Positions 33,128-42,640 of a stretch of DNA of 64,000 nt are shown in pieces. The notes under the pieces are model-generated. The model ran no database searches and was not told the DNA's origin. It worked only from the letters and a program-made list of their open reading frames with translations. Where the stretch lies: assembly GCA_047947135.1 (NCBI GenBank), contig CP170457.1:720027-784026 (forward strand), in the 5' to 3' direction. A program made the translations under genes and the position numbers. Source of the stretch: Aestuariibacter sp. (lineage in GTDB: Bacteria > Pseudomonadota > Gammaproteobacteria > Enterobacterales > Alteromonadaceae). How positions within the stretch are numbered: the first letter of the stretch is position 1; each line of letters opens with the position of its first letter.

Positions 33128-36100
33128 TTGGAGCAAAACATGAGTAACGAATCTGAGATTGATACCGCCGTCGCAGAGGGAGGCGCTTACGAAGTCATTC
33201 GCAGCAGACTAACTGAACAAGCGGATTCTCTAGACAAACAGGTAGAAGTACTAAATCAATCCAGGATCTCTGAATTCGGCCAACCACAAATGGAAATCAC
33301 CAGCCGGGTTAGAGTAAGGACAGAAAACAACTGTATCGCTCGTGACATTGTTCCAGTGGGGAATCTATTACTATTTGGCTACAACGTTTTCATCGGCTTA
33401 AAAAAAGAAACTCAGGTAAATGATGTATTTAGCTTATTTCAGCTCAAATCAGAAGAGGGTGCCATTGGGCTGGTAGAACAAGATCTTAGTAAATCCTTTC
33501 TTAGTGATGCCAAATTCCAAAAAGATTTTAAAGAACTCTACGTTTATTACAAAGAAGCCCGTCTTTTACAGCTGAAGATCCAGAATGATCTCTTATTTGC
33601 GGTTTTCCAGATTGGTAAAAAGCTCACAGATGTACGTGTATTTCAGTGGATGATAACCAAGGAAGAAGAACCCAAGTACATCGACAACCGGGGGGAAAGA
33701 AGCCTTCAAATAATTCCATCACATGATTTTGAATGGCAATCTGTAACCCGTGAGCAACACGTTAATGGAACACATGCCCACGTAAACATCGGTGACAAAG
33801 TTTTTGTAGAAACCATTAAAGGGTCGTTGACAGTAAAAATAGAAAACAATACTGAAGATGGTCTGGGCATTTATAGTGAACCCGTAGATGACAAGAATCA
33901 AAGTTTGTCTGATGCTGATATACAATTCGCCGAAGTAGGCAGTCTGGTATTATTAAAAATCTTGCCGTATAGAGAGCAAGAATACCGATTTTTGGTGTAC
34001 AACACTCGAACCCAAAAAGTAAACAGAATAGATGCCATTGGCTCTGCTTGTATTTCATTGCCAGAAGACCACGGCATAATCTTTCCGGGTGGATACTACT
34101 TACAAAGTGGTGAAACAAAATCTTTCCCCGACGACATTCCCGGATTGCAGTTTAAGAGACAAATTCGCTCTCCCAACGGCGAAGATGTTCTTTATGTTTT
34201 TTATGAACCAGAAACGGGGTTATGCGGTTTGTATTGCTACAACATGATACATAAAGCGCTAAAAAACCCTATTTACGCCCATGGTTACAGTATTTTTAAT
34301 GACGGTACCGCTATTTTCTTTAGCTCGGAAGAGGAACCTACCCGGATTCATCCGATGCAGGTTTGGCAAACACCTTTTTATAGTGACGAATTTGCTGCTA
34401 AACAGCCAACTACAGATTCTTTTTTTAGTCGAATTGGAAATCGAGAACTGGTAAGAGGCATATCAGATATCAGTAGTATCTGTAGACTCATCGAAAATCC
34501 CAGGCCCACCAGACTCCTGTATGAAGATTTAATCAAGTCATGTAAAGATCTGTTCGACTCCTACTATTGGCTTGAAGAAAATGAAGTAGAGGATATCCAT
34601 AAAACTATCTCTGAAATCACAGCAACTTCAGAGCTGGTAATAGATGAATTTGAAAAGGTCTCACAAATTCGTTTAAAGGCAGACGCTCTGTTGAAAACTG
34701 CCAAGGACAAGCAAAAACACATCGTCACTGCTATTAATCCAAAGTCCTGGAAAACCCCGGAACAGTATGTTCAGGCTCTGGTAGCGTTAAGACATCAACG
34801 GGGGCACTTAATATCATTACAGGAACAACGCTACATAGATAAAAAGGTTCTCAAGAGTTTAGAGAGCGAACTGCAAGAGCATTTTGATAAATTGAGTACC
34901 ACAACAGTCGCTTTCCTGGCTAATGACGACTCATTGGCACCCTATCGCACTAAAATTGAAGAGTTACAAAAGGCAATTAATAAGATCGAAGTTGTAGTGG
35001 AAATAGCGCCGCTGGTTGAAGAGTTAGATTCCCTTTCTCATGGTCTGGATGTCGTTACAGAAATATTGAATGGTTTAGAAGTTGAAGACGCCACGGTACG
35101 AACGAAAATCATAGATGATATATCCACTATTTACGGCCAATTAAATCAAATTAAGGCCCTTGCCAGAAACCGTAGAAAGCAATTAGGTAGTGGTGAAGCT
35201 AGTGCGGAATTCGCAGCTCAATTCAGACTTTTCTCGCAAAGTATCAATAATGCATTAGCCCAGGTAGATACGCCTGACAAGGCTGATCAGGAATTATCCC
35301 GACTTATGATTCAACTGGAAGAACTGGAATCTAAATTCAGTGAATATGACCAGTTTCTTGACGAGATTCTCGCGAAAAGAGAAGAGTTGCACAGCGCGTT
35401 TGAAGAGCGCCGACAAACTTTGTTGGAAGAAAGACAGCGACGCAGTCAAAATTTGTTTACGGCGGCAGAACGAACCCTGAAAGGTGTGAATCGCAGGGCA
35501 TCTACTTTTAAATCAGAAGACGACCTGAATAGCTATTTTGCTTCCGATCCCATGATCATGAAGTTAACAGAGCTCAGTGCTAATCTGCGAGAGTACGATG
35601 ACCAGGTGAAAGCAGATGATGTAGAAGCTCAACTAAAAGCCGCGAAGGAAACGGCCATTAGAGCACTCCGAGATAAACAGGATATTTACGAAGACGGGGG
35701 GAATGTAATCAAACTGGGAGCTCACAAATTTAGTGTTAACTCTCAGGTCTTGGATTTAACCCTCATTCCCAAAAATGACGGATTATACCGGCATCTCATT
35801 GGAACCGATTTTTATGAGAAGCTACAAAATAAAGCGTTGCTCGAATTACAGCCCTATTGGCAACAGGCTTTGGTGTCGGAGAACAACGAAGTTAGTCGCT
35901 GCGAGTATCTAGCATCTTTGATTATCAAAGATGCGGAACAACAAGCAAATGATCTGTCATTATCTAAACTGTATAAAGCAATAGACTCACAACAAGAATT
36001 ATCCGATTTAGTGGATTCTTATATCAGTGACAGGTATCAGGAAGGTTACGAAAAAGGAATTCACGACAACGACACCTGCCACTTACTGTCAGCGTTAATC

Positions 36101-38257
36101 CCTATCCATAAACGGGCAGGTTTGTTACGATTTAGTCCCAAATCCAGAGCATTAGCAATGCTGTTTTGGTCCTTTTCAAGCACTTCCGATAAGCAACGTA
36201 CCATTTGGCAAAGTCAGGCTCTGAGTGCAAAATCTTTGCTGGCTATTCTCGATAGCAACCAAGGCTTCAACAGTTTAACTGAAGAGCTTTCGACGCGTAT
36301 AAATCGCTTCAAAGAGACATTTGGACTGCCATTCTCGACTTCAGATATCACAAGCGCCGTTGCTTACTTAGGGCAGGAACTCGCTAGTGGCAAACTGAGT
36401 TTTGTGTTCAGTGACAGTGCCGCGAAAATCGAAAAAGCATTCGGTCAAAAGCTAAAACTGGATAATGAGTGGCAAAATTTTCAAAAAACGATCTCTGTTT
36501 GCACTAGCTTAGATTCTACAGAGCAGTCACAAGACATTAGGGCGACATCGTTAAGAGATGTCTGGCATCTCACTTTTGTCTGGCTGGATGCATTCGTTCA
36601 ATCGAATATTGAACAATTATCCAATCGCCGCCACTACATTCCAGAAGTTGCAGCCTTTCTCATCTGCCAACACACAATTGAGCGCCGCAATAGTGATGTC
36701 GACTTATTAGTTGAGGTGCCCAACCTATTAAGCGAACACAGAAATATTGAAGATGGCAAGCTCACTATTGCTCTGGATGAGTTTAATGAAAGAATGCAAT
36801 ATTTTCATGATATACATTTGCCCAATTTTAATCGCTATCACCAGTTACGTCGCGACATTATGGAAACAAGTCGCAGAGAGTTACAACTGTCTCAGTTTGT
36901 GGCGAAACCGCTGAGCTCTTTCGTCAGAAACAAGTTGATCAACGAAGTTTATTTCCCATTGATAGGGGCCAACCTGGCGAAACAAATGGGGACTGTCGGG
37001 GAAGACAAAAGAACAGACCTAATGGGTTTATTGCTACTTATATCGCCACCGGGTTACGGTAAAACAACTCTGATGGAATATATCGCTAATCGATTGGGGC
37101 TGATCTTTATGAAAATAAACTGTCCGTCTCTGGGTCATGAAGTGACCTCTATCGATCCATCAACGGCTCCAAATGCAACCGCCAGACAAGAATTAGAAAA
37201 ATTAAATCTTGGTTTGGAGATGGGTAATAACGTCATGTTGTATCTGGATGATATTCAACATACTCACCCGGAATTTTTACAAAAGTTTATTTCACTATGT
37301 GATGGCACCAGAAGAATAGACGGAGTGTGGGAAGGCCAGAGCAAAACCTATGATATGCGCGGTAAGAAGTTCTGCGTTGTTATGGCTGGAAACCCATACA
37401 CTGAATCTGGCGATGTCTTCAAAGTTCCAGACATGCTGGCTAACAGAGCCGATATTTATAATCTGGGTGATGTGCTAAATGGCAAAGAATCTCAATTTGC
37501 TATGAGCTATATAGAAAATGCCCTGACTTCCAATGCTGTGTTGGCACCTTTAGCACTTCGCGACATGCAGGATGTTTACAAGTTTATCGACATGGCCAAC
37601 GGCAAAGATGTCGCGAGTACGGATTTAAAGTACGAGTATAGCGGCGCAGAGATAAACGAAATCTGTACCGTGCTAAAACATTTGTTTGTTATTCAAGATG
37701 TTATTTTAAAGGTCAATCTTGAATACATTAAATCAGCAGCAACGGCTGAAGATTATAGACAAGAACCGGCGTTCAAGTTGCAAGGAAGCTATCGTAATAT
37801 GAATAAGATGGCGGAAAAGGTCTCCGCCGTGATGAACCACAATGAGCTCATGCAATTGATTGAAGATCACTACATTGGAGAAGCGCAAACACTAACCTCT
37901 GGTGCAGAGGAAAACCTCTTAAAACTCGCTATTATGAGAGGCACCATGAACGAACAACAACAATCCAGATGGGCCCATATATGTCAGGCGTTTGAGTCAA
38001 AACATTCTTTACAAATAGAAGGTGATCCAACACACCAAGCCGTCAAACAACTTAGTCAAATGGCACACACATTAACTGAAATCAGAGACGATATGTATCA
38101 ATCAGATACAGGCGATCTGATAAAGCCTATAAACCGAGTAGCCGCAGCAATGTATCTGTTGAGCAAGGTTTGGCGGGGTGATGAAAAATCGAATTACAAA
38201 GAACAACTCTCACAGTTGGACGACAAGATAAAAAGCGAAACTACGGATGACAGCTAA
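33128..38257 (+). CDS. Giant (1709 aa) soluble protein of unknown function. It has an N-terminal globular region, a long central coiled coil, and a C-terminal MoxR/dynein-type AAA+ (AAA_5-like) ATPase module.
   Basis: Single uninterrupted ORF with no TM segments. Walker A ISPPGYGKTT is at nt about 37041-37068. Walker B VMLYLDDIQH is at about 37235-37260. The sensor-1/Arg region CVVMAGNPYTESGDVFKVPDMLANRADIY is at about 37380-37460. Its order and spacing match MoxR, McrB and dynein AAA_5 domains. Residues about 480-900 are heptad-rich (LQEQRYIDKKVLKSLESELQEHFDKL...). No other domain recognised by eye. Confidence 0.8.
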   Translation: MEQNMSNESEIDTAVAEGGAYEVIRSRLTEQADSLDKQVEVLNQSRISEFGQPQMEITSRVRVRTENNCIARDIVPVGNLLLFGYNVFIGLKKETQVNDVFSLFQLKSEEGAIGLVEQDLSKSFLSDAKFQKDFKELYVYYKEARLLQLKIQNDLLFAVFQIGKKLTDVRVFQWMITKEEEPKYIDNRGERSLQIIPSHDFEWQSVTREQHVNGTHAHVNIGDKVFVETIKGSLTVKIENNTEDGLGIYSEPVDDKNQSLSDADIQFAEVGSLVLLKILPYREQEYRFLVYNTRTQKVNRIDAIGSACISLPEDHGIIFPGGYYLQSGETKSFPDDIPGLQFKRQIRSPNGEDVLYVFYEPETGLCGLYCYNMIHKALKNPIYAHGYSIFNDGTAIFFSSEEEPTRIHPMQVWQTPFYSDEFAAKQPTTDSFFSRIGNRELVRGISDISSICRLIENPRPTRLLYEDLIKSCKDLFDSYYWLEENEVEDIHKTISEITATSELVIDEFEKVSQIRLKADALLKTAKDKQKHIVTAINPKSWKTPEQYVQALVALRHQRGHLISLQEQRYIDKKVLKSLESELQEHFDKLSTTTVAFLANDDSLAPYRTKIEELQKAINKIEVVVEIAPLVEELDSLSHGLDVVTEILNGLEVEDATVRTKIIDDISTIYGQLNQIKALARNRRKQLGSGEASAEFAAQFRLFSQSINNALAQVDTPDKADQELSRLMIQLEELESKFSEYDQFLDEILAKREELHSAFEERRQTLLEERQRRSQNLFTAAERTLKGVNRRASTFKSEDDLNSYFASDPMIMKLTELSANLREYDDQVKADDVEAQLKAAKETAIRALRDKQDIYEDGGNVIKLGAHKFSVNSQVLDLTLIPKNDGLYRHLIGTDFYEKLQNKALLELQPYWQQALVSENNEVSRCEYLASLIIKDAEQQANDLSLSKLYKAIDSQQELSDLVDSYISDRYQEGYEKGIHDNDTCHLLSALIPIHKRAGLLRFSPKSRALAMLFWSFSSTSDKQRTIWQSQALSAKSLLAILDSNQGFNSLTEELSTRINRFKETFGLPFSTSDITSAVAYLGQELASGKLSFVFSDSAAKIEKAFGQKLKLDNEWQNFQKTISVCTSLDSTEQSQDIRATSLRDVWHLTFVWLDAFVQSNIEQLSNRRHYIPEVAAFLICQHTIERRNSDVDLLVEVPNLLSEHRNIEDGKLTIALDEFNERMQYFHDIHLPNFNRYHQLRRDIMETSRRELQLSQFVAKPLSSFVRNKLINEVYFPLIGANLAKQMGTVGEDKRTDLMGLLLLISPPGYGKTTLMEYIANRLGLIFMKINCPSLGHEVTSIDPSTAPNATARQELEKLNLGLEMGNNVMLYLDDIQHTHPEFLQKFISLCDGTRRIDGVWEGQSKTYDMRGKKFCVVMAGNPYTESGDVFKVPDMLANRADIYNLGDVLNGKESQFAMSYIENALTSNAVLAPLALRDMQDVYKFIDMANGKDVASTDLKYEYSGAEINEICTVLKHLFVIQDVILKVNLEYIKSAATAEDYRQEPAFKLQGSYRNMNKMAEKVSAVMNHNELMQLIEDHYIGEAQTLTSGAEENLLKLAIMRGTMNEQQQSRWAHICQAFESKHSLQIEGDPTHQAVKQLSQMAHTLTEIRDDMYQSDTGDLIKPINRVAAAMYLLSKVWRGDEKSNYKEQLSQLDDKIKSETTDDS

Positions 38258-38345
38258 GTCCATAAAATATCGTTCCAGATGTTAAGTTTAGCGGTTTGGT
38301 TCGGTGCCAGGCGGCTCCTAATATAGGCGACATATTGGCTAGACC

Positions 38346-41300
38346 CTATGGCTCTCTTTCTTCTTTTGTCGGTGCGATGAGTGGGAGTTCAATATTGCAC
38401 TGAAATCCTTTATTTGGTGCGCTTTCCAGACGAATTTTCCCACCCAGAATTTGTGTGACGTAATTGTAAACCAAATGAAGACCCAGACCTGATCCTCCGA
38501 CACCGAGCTTGGTTGTGAAAAACGGGTCAAACGCCTTCTTTTTCACCTCATCTGTCATGCCAACGCCATCGTCGGAGTAGCAAATCACTAGCAGATTATT
38601 ACTGATTTTTGCATCAATTGAGACGGTGCCCTGAGTTTTTTCAACAAATCCATGAATGATAGAATTCTTGATAAGATTTGTGAAAACCTGAAACAAGGAA
38701 CCTGGATAGCTATCCAGAACAATCCCTTGCGGGCAATTGATTTTAAGTTGGTGTCCCTCATTGGCATACAATGAATGTAACGCGTGTTTAATATCTTCCA
38801 ATAGCGTTTCCAGATCAAATTCTCGGCGCTGTTCACTGGTTTGATCTACTGCGACCTGCTTGAAACTTGCCATTAAGGTGAATGCTCTTTCCAGGCTATT
38901 TAGAATAATTTTGTTTGACGTTCGTGCTTTCTCCAGATGACTATGCAGCTCACTGCGTTTTAGGCGATTTTCATTTACTTTCTTTTCCAGTGAGCAGCAA
39001 TCATCATTTAATGCTGTTGCCGCAGTTAGTGCAATGCCCATTGGGGTATTGATCTCGTGAGATACCCCCGCAACAAGCCCCCCTAATGACGCCATTTTCT
39101 CCTGCTCAATAAAGTCTTCCTGCGCCTTTCTTAATGCCAGTGTGCGCTCTTCTACCTGGGTTTCCAGCTCCTGGGCTCTCGCTTCGATCCAATGAGTACG
39201 GATTCGGAACCCCAAATAGGTGAGTGAAATCGCCAGTATGCTACACAGCGCTATAAACCAGTGTGTCTGCCAATAAGCAGCCTCAACAACAACGTTAAAA
39301 GTTAAATCCTTGCCACTCCAATGACCGGCTCTATTTGTCCCCTGCACAGTAAAGGCATAAGTACCAGGCCACAAGTTGCTGTAACTGGCGACTCGTCTCG
39401 ATGCATCCACCTCGACCCAATCATTGTCAAAACCTTTCAGCTTGTAACGATATCTGTTTTTTTCAGGTGCCGATAAGTCCAATGCCGCAAACTCAATCGT
39501 AAAGCTTCGTTGTTCTGGCTGTATGGTTAACCCGGATTTTCTGAGCATCCCGGCATTAACTGAAACACCATCAACACGCAGCTCCGTCGCCACCAATGAC
39601 GGCTGGTAATCCCAAAAGGAATAACCATCAGGATCGATAATCAGCAACCCCTTACTGCCACCAAACAACAGTCGTCCATCAGGCGATTTTGTATAAGACC
39701 GGAACCAGTTCGTCCCAAATTCTATGCCATCGGCTTTTTGTAGTGGAGTCATTACCTTGCTGGCGGGATCGTAAATATAATCCGGCGTCCAAATTCTACC
39801 CATCGCGTCTTCAAGCAGGTTAGCTCCCATCGGTCTGCCACCAAATCCCGCATGTTGACTGTGATTTTGAAGTTGAACCTTGTCAGGTGAGGTGAAATTT
39901 ACTAGGTGAAGTCCTGCCGTTGTGTCTAACCAAAGTCGCCCAGCACTATCATAAAGCATGCCGACAATACTGGTTGTTTGTAATGATTCCCCATATTCGT
40001 TCGCCCCTTTAATTTGTAGCAAATTCTGACTGTCAGGCGGAACAACATACAAACCCGATGCGCCTGTGGCAACCAGCAGTCGACCATCACCATCTTCATA
40101 AAGCGCATTGATCCAATCCTGCATAAGATCACCATTTGCTAGCGTATAAGTGGCGAACTCCCCAGTTTTGTCATCCCAGTAGAATAGACCCGCGTTTGTA
40201 CCAATCCAAAGACCACCTTTGACCGAAGGGTAAAGAGCCCGAACATTCCCTTTGGGAAGACCATGTTGCTGTCCATACAGAAAGAATTGTTGTTTTTGTT
40301 TGTCAAACCGGTATAGCTGCCCTGGGTTCACACCCACCCAAATATCACCCGATGTCAGTTCGGTCATCGCAGTAATCCAACCAGCATGCAATTTACCGGG
40401 TACCCCAGTTTGAGGATAGTGGCCACCAATAACACCTACGTCTGGGTCGACTATATCGATGCCTCCACCACGTGTTCCGACCCAAATTAAGCCATTTGAC
40501 AAAGCCAATATACTGCTGACATTTGGCTCAGTCAGGCCGTTGTCATTTATCAAACTGAAACGAAACGATTGGAGCCACTCGACTTTGCTTAGCAAGCGTT
40601 GCAGTCCACCTCCATAGCCTCCTATCCAGACGACGCCTGAGCGATCTTTTAACAGTGTTCGAATATCGTTATTGGCCAGACTAAAACTATCTGATGGATC
40701 ATGAATAACACGCGACAGCCAGTTGCCACTTTTCTCATCAATCCTGTCGATTCCGCCAAATCGCGCGGCCCATATTTCGTTATCATTTAACTGAAAGATA
40801 TCGTAAACGGTACTGGACTTGAGAGCTTCGGGCTGATTAGGTAAAGCTGGCTGCATGTGATGGTTTAGGTGGTCATACAGCCACACCCCCGACTCGTTAG
40901 TACCTATCCATATGCGCCCATCATTGGCTTCGAACAGGCTTCTAATGTACAGAGTATTATGTGCTCCATTCGCCATCTGAATGGGTTGAAAATGGTCATC
41001 CTGTGCTGAATATTGTGCCAGCCCTGCCTTTGTACCTACCCAAAGGTTCCCTTGTGAGTCGCGCAAAAGTGCTCTTATGCCACTATGGGGAATGCCATCA
41101 GCCGTGGAATAGTGTTTAATAATATTGCCCTGCGTTGTTGCACGATAAATACCGGAATTGGTCGACAGCCAAACATCATCGTTGAAGCCAGGCAGGACTT
41201 GCGAAACACTGGATAGGTCAGGAAGGTCAAGTAAGGTTTTTTGGTCGAACAGGCGAGTAAATCTTTCGCTGTCCGGATGATAAATCGATACGCCCCCGGG

Positions 41301-41726
41301 CTCAGTAGACAGCCACAATGTGCCATCTTCAAAAACATTTATATCACGAACAAAGTTGCCTCCAAGGCTGGTATTATCCAATGGATCGTGTCTGAACAGT
41401 TTAAATCGATAGCCATCATGGCGAACAACGCCAGCCGCTGTCGCTATCCACAAGTATCCATCAGCGTCTTGCGCAAGGTCAGTTACAACATTGTCTGGAA
41501 TATCCGCAGTGTTACCAATGCTCTCGAACTGAATCTGCCCAATAAGGGGTGCTGAGTACACAAGCAGAAATAAGAAAATAAAGGCGATTACAGTAATCCA
41601 TCCCTTATTTTCAATAGATAACTCAACATCAGCACTGCCGTGCATTATAGATTCCGCATTTTCAATCGCCACTGCTAAATCATAGGTATCGTTGCACTGA
41701 GCGTCAATGAGAGACTGCGTAACCAA
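38346..41726 (-). CDS. Membrane sensor histidine kinase with a periplasmic double beta-propeller (two-component regulator propeller repeats) and Y_Y_Y domain. No receiver domain.
   Basis: Repeated WIAT/WVGT/WIGT propeller blades over about 700 aa. Y_Y_Y region YRYKLKGFDNDWVEV. TM helix WFIALCSILAISLTYLGF. HisKA H-box SHEINTP, then HATPase_c (N, G1 DDGVGM, G2 GLGL). It ends without REC. The start may be 41645 rather than 41726. Confidence 0.8.
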   Translation of the reverse strand: MVTQSLIDAQCNDTYDLAVAIENAESIMHGSADVELSIENKGWITVIAFIFLFLLVYSAPLIGQIQFESIGNTADIPDNVVTDLAQDADGYLWIATAAGVVRHDGYRFKLFRHDPLDNTSLGGNFVRDINVFEDGTLWLSTEPGGVSIYHPDSERFTRLFDQKTLLDLPDLSSVSQVLPGFNDDVWLSTNSGIYRATTQGNIIKHYSTADGIPHSGIRALLRDSQGNLWVGTKAGLAQYSAQDDHFQPIQMANGAHNTLYIRSLFEANDGRIWIGTNESGVWLYDHLNHHMQPALPNQPEALKSSTVYDIFQLNDNEIWAARFGGIDRIDEKSGNWLSRVIHDPSDSFSLANNDIRTLLKDRSGVVWIGGYGGGLQRLLSKVEWLQSFRFSLINDNGLTEPNVSSILALSNGLIWVGTRGGGIDIVDPDVGVIGGHYPQTGVPGKLHAGWITAMTELTSGDIWVGVNPGQLYRFDKQKQQFFLYGQQHGLPKGNVRALYPSVKGGLWIGTNAGLFYWDDKTGEFATYTLANGDLMQDWINALYEDGDGRLLVATGASGLYVVPPDSQNLLQIKGANEYGESLQTTSIVGMLYDSAGRLWLDTTAGLHLVNFTSPDKVQLQNHSQHAGFGGRPMGANLLEDAMGRIWTPDYIYDPASKVMTPLQKADGIEFGTNWFRSYTKSPDGRLLFGGSKGLLIIDPDGYSFWDYQPSLVATELRVDGVSVNAGMLRKSGLTIQPEQRSFTIEFAALDLSAPEKNRYRYKLKGFDNDWVEVDASRRVASYSNLWPGTYAFTVQGTNRAGHWSGKDLTFNVVVEAAYWQTHWFIALCSILAISLTYLGFRIRTHWIEARAQELETQVEERTLALRKAQEDFIEQEKMASLGGLVAGVSHEINTPMGIALTAATALNDDCCSLEKKVNENRLKRSELHSHLEKARTSNKIILNSLERAFTLMASFKQVAVDQTSEQRREFDLETLLEDIKHALHSLYANEGHQLKINCPQGIVLDSYPGSLFQVFTNLIKNSIIHGFVEKTQGTVSIDAKISNNLLVICYSDDGVGMTDEVKKKAFDPFFTTKLGVGGSGLGLHLVYNYVTQILGGKIRLESAPNKGFQCNIELPLIAPTKEEREP

Positions 41727-41917
41727 TACTCGCCATAGAGTGGTGTGTTAATTGATATACTCCTGTATAAATGCAAGCCCATTAGCTTTATTAGAACGCC
41801 ATAACTTTAAGTTTTTCTAGCAAGGTGTTTTGAATTATAGCAGCGTCTTGCAACATAGAGCTGTTGTTATACACCCATTATCAATATGATCTGACTTTGT
41901 TTATTGCGCACATACTT

Positions 41918-42640
41918 ATGGAATTTGACACTCACTGGTACATTACCGCACTTTTGCTGTTTCTCGGCTGCACCGTACAAACCGCGATTGGGTTTGGTAT
42001 GGCAGTCATCGCTGCGCCCATTCTGGTGATCATCAATCCCCAGTGGGTGCCTTATGTATTGACCTTTACGGCACTGTTTTTAAGTATGTCCAATGCTTGG
42101 CAGCAGCGCCAGTATATTCTTTGGGCCAGTCTTTGGTCGCCGATGCTGAGTCGTATTCCCGGTACCGTGGTTGGCACCTGGCTTTTGCTAATTATGCCAG
42201 TGTTGTGGCTGCAACTTGCCGTCGCTTCTATGGTCATTGTCACCGTCATTGTCTCTTTGTGGCTCAAACCTTTTCAGCCAAACACCACCAATCTAGGTAT
42301 CGCAGGATTTATCTCTGGTGTGACTGGCACCACTACCAGCATTGGCGGTCCGCCTATTGCGCTGGTTTTGCAGCATAGCGCGGGTGCGACAGCACGTGCT
42401 AATCTCTCAATGTATTTTGTTTATAGCTGTATCCTCAGCATCATTGGCTATTTGTTGACGGGATTGATGAGCTGGCAGTTATTTTACACCAGTCTATCGT
42501 TTTTACCTTTTGCGGCACTTGGATTTTTTTGCGGCATTAAAATTCAGCGCTTTGTGGACAACCGTTTCCGTCCCATACTATTGGGCATTTGTACTCTGTC
42601 AGCGCTGATGGCAATAATCAATGCGTTGGCGAATGCCTGA
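41918..42640 (+). CDS. TauE/SafE (DUF81) family membrane exporter.
   Basis: 8 predicted TM helices with GxGxG-like motifs (AIGFGMAVIAAPILV; GVTGTTTSIGGPPIALVL). The start is taken at MEFDTHW; the ORF-track start is 41864. Confidence 0.7.
   Translation: MEFDTHWYITALLLFLGCTVQTAIGFGMAVIAAPILVIINPQWVPYVLTFTALFLSMSNAWQQRQYILWASLWSPMLSRIPGTVVGTWLLLIMPVLWLQLAVASMVIVTVIVSLWLKPFQPNTTNLGIAGFISGVTGTTTSIGGPPIALVLQHSAGATARANLSMYFVYSCILSIIGYLLTGLMSWQLFYTSLSFLPFAALGFFCGIKIQRFVDNRFRPILLGICTLSALMAIINALANA

Noticed and set aside
33128-38257. Considered a STAND/NACHT (NLR-like) NTPase or an SMC/SbcC-type ATPase for the giant protein
   Set aside because: The motif order and content (GYGKTT, then hhhhDD, then a sensor-1 N-P, then LxNR-type motif within about 140 aa) fit the AAA_5/MoxR-dynein clade. 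The protein lacks the GxP/MHD motifs of STAND proteins and the split ABC signature and hinge of SMC-like proteins.
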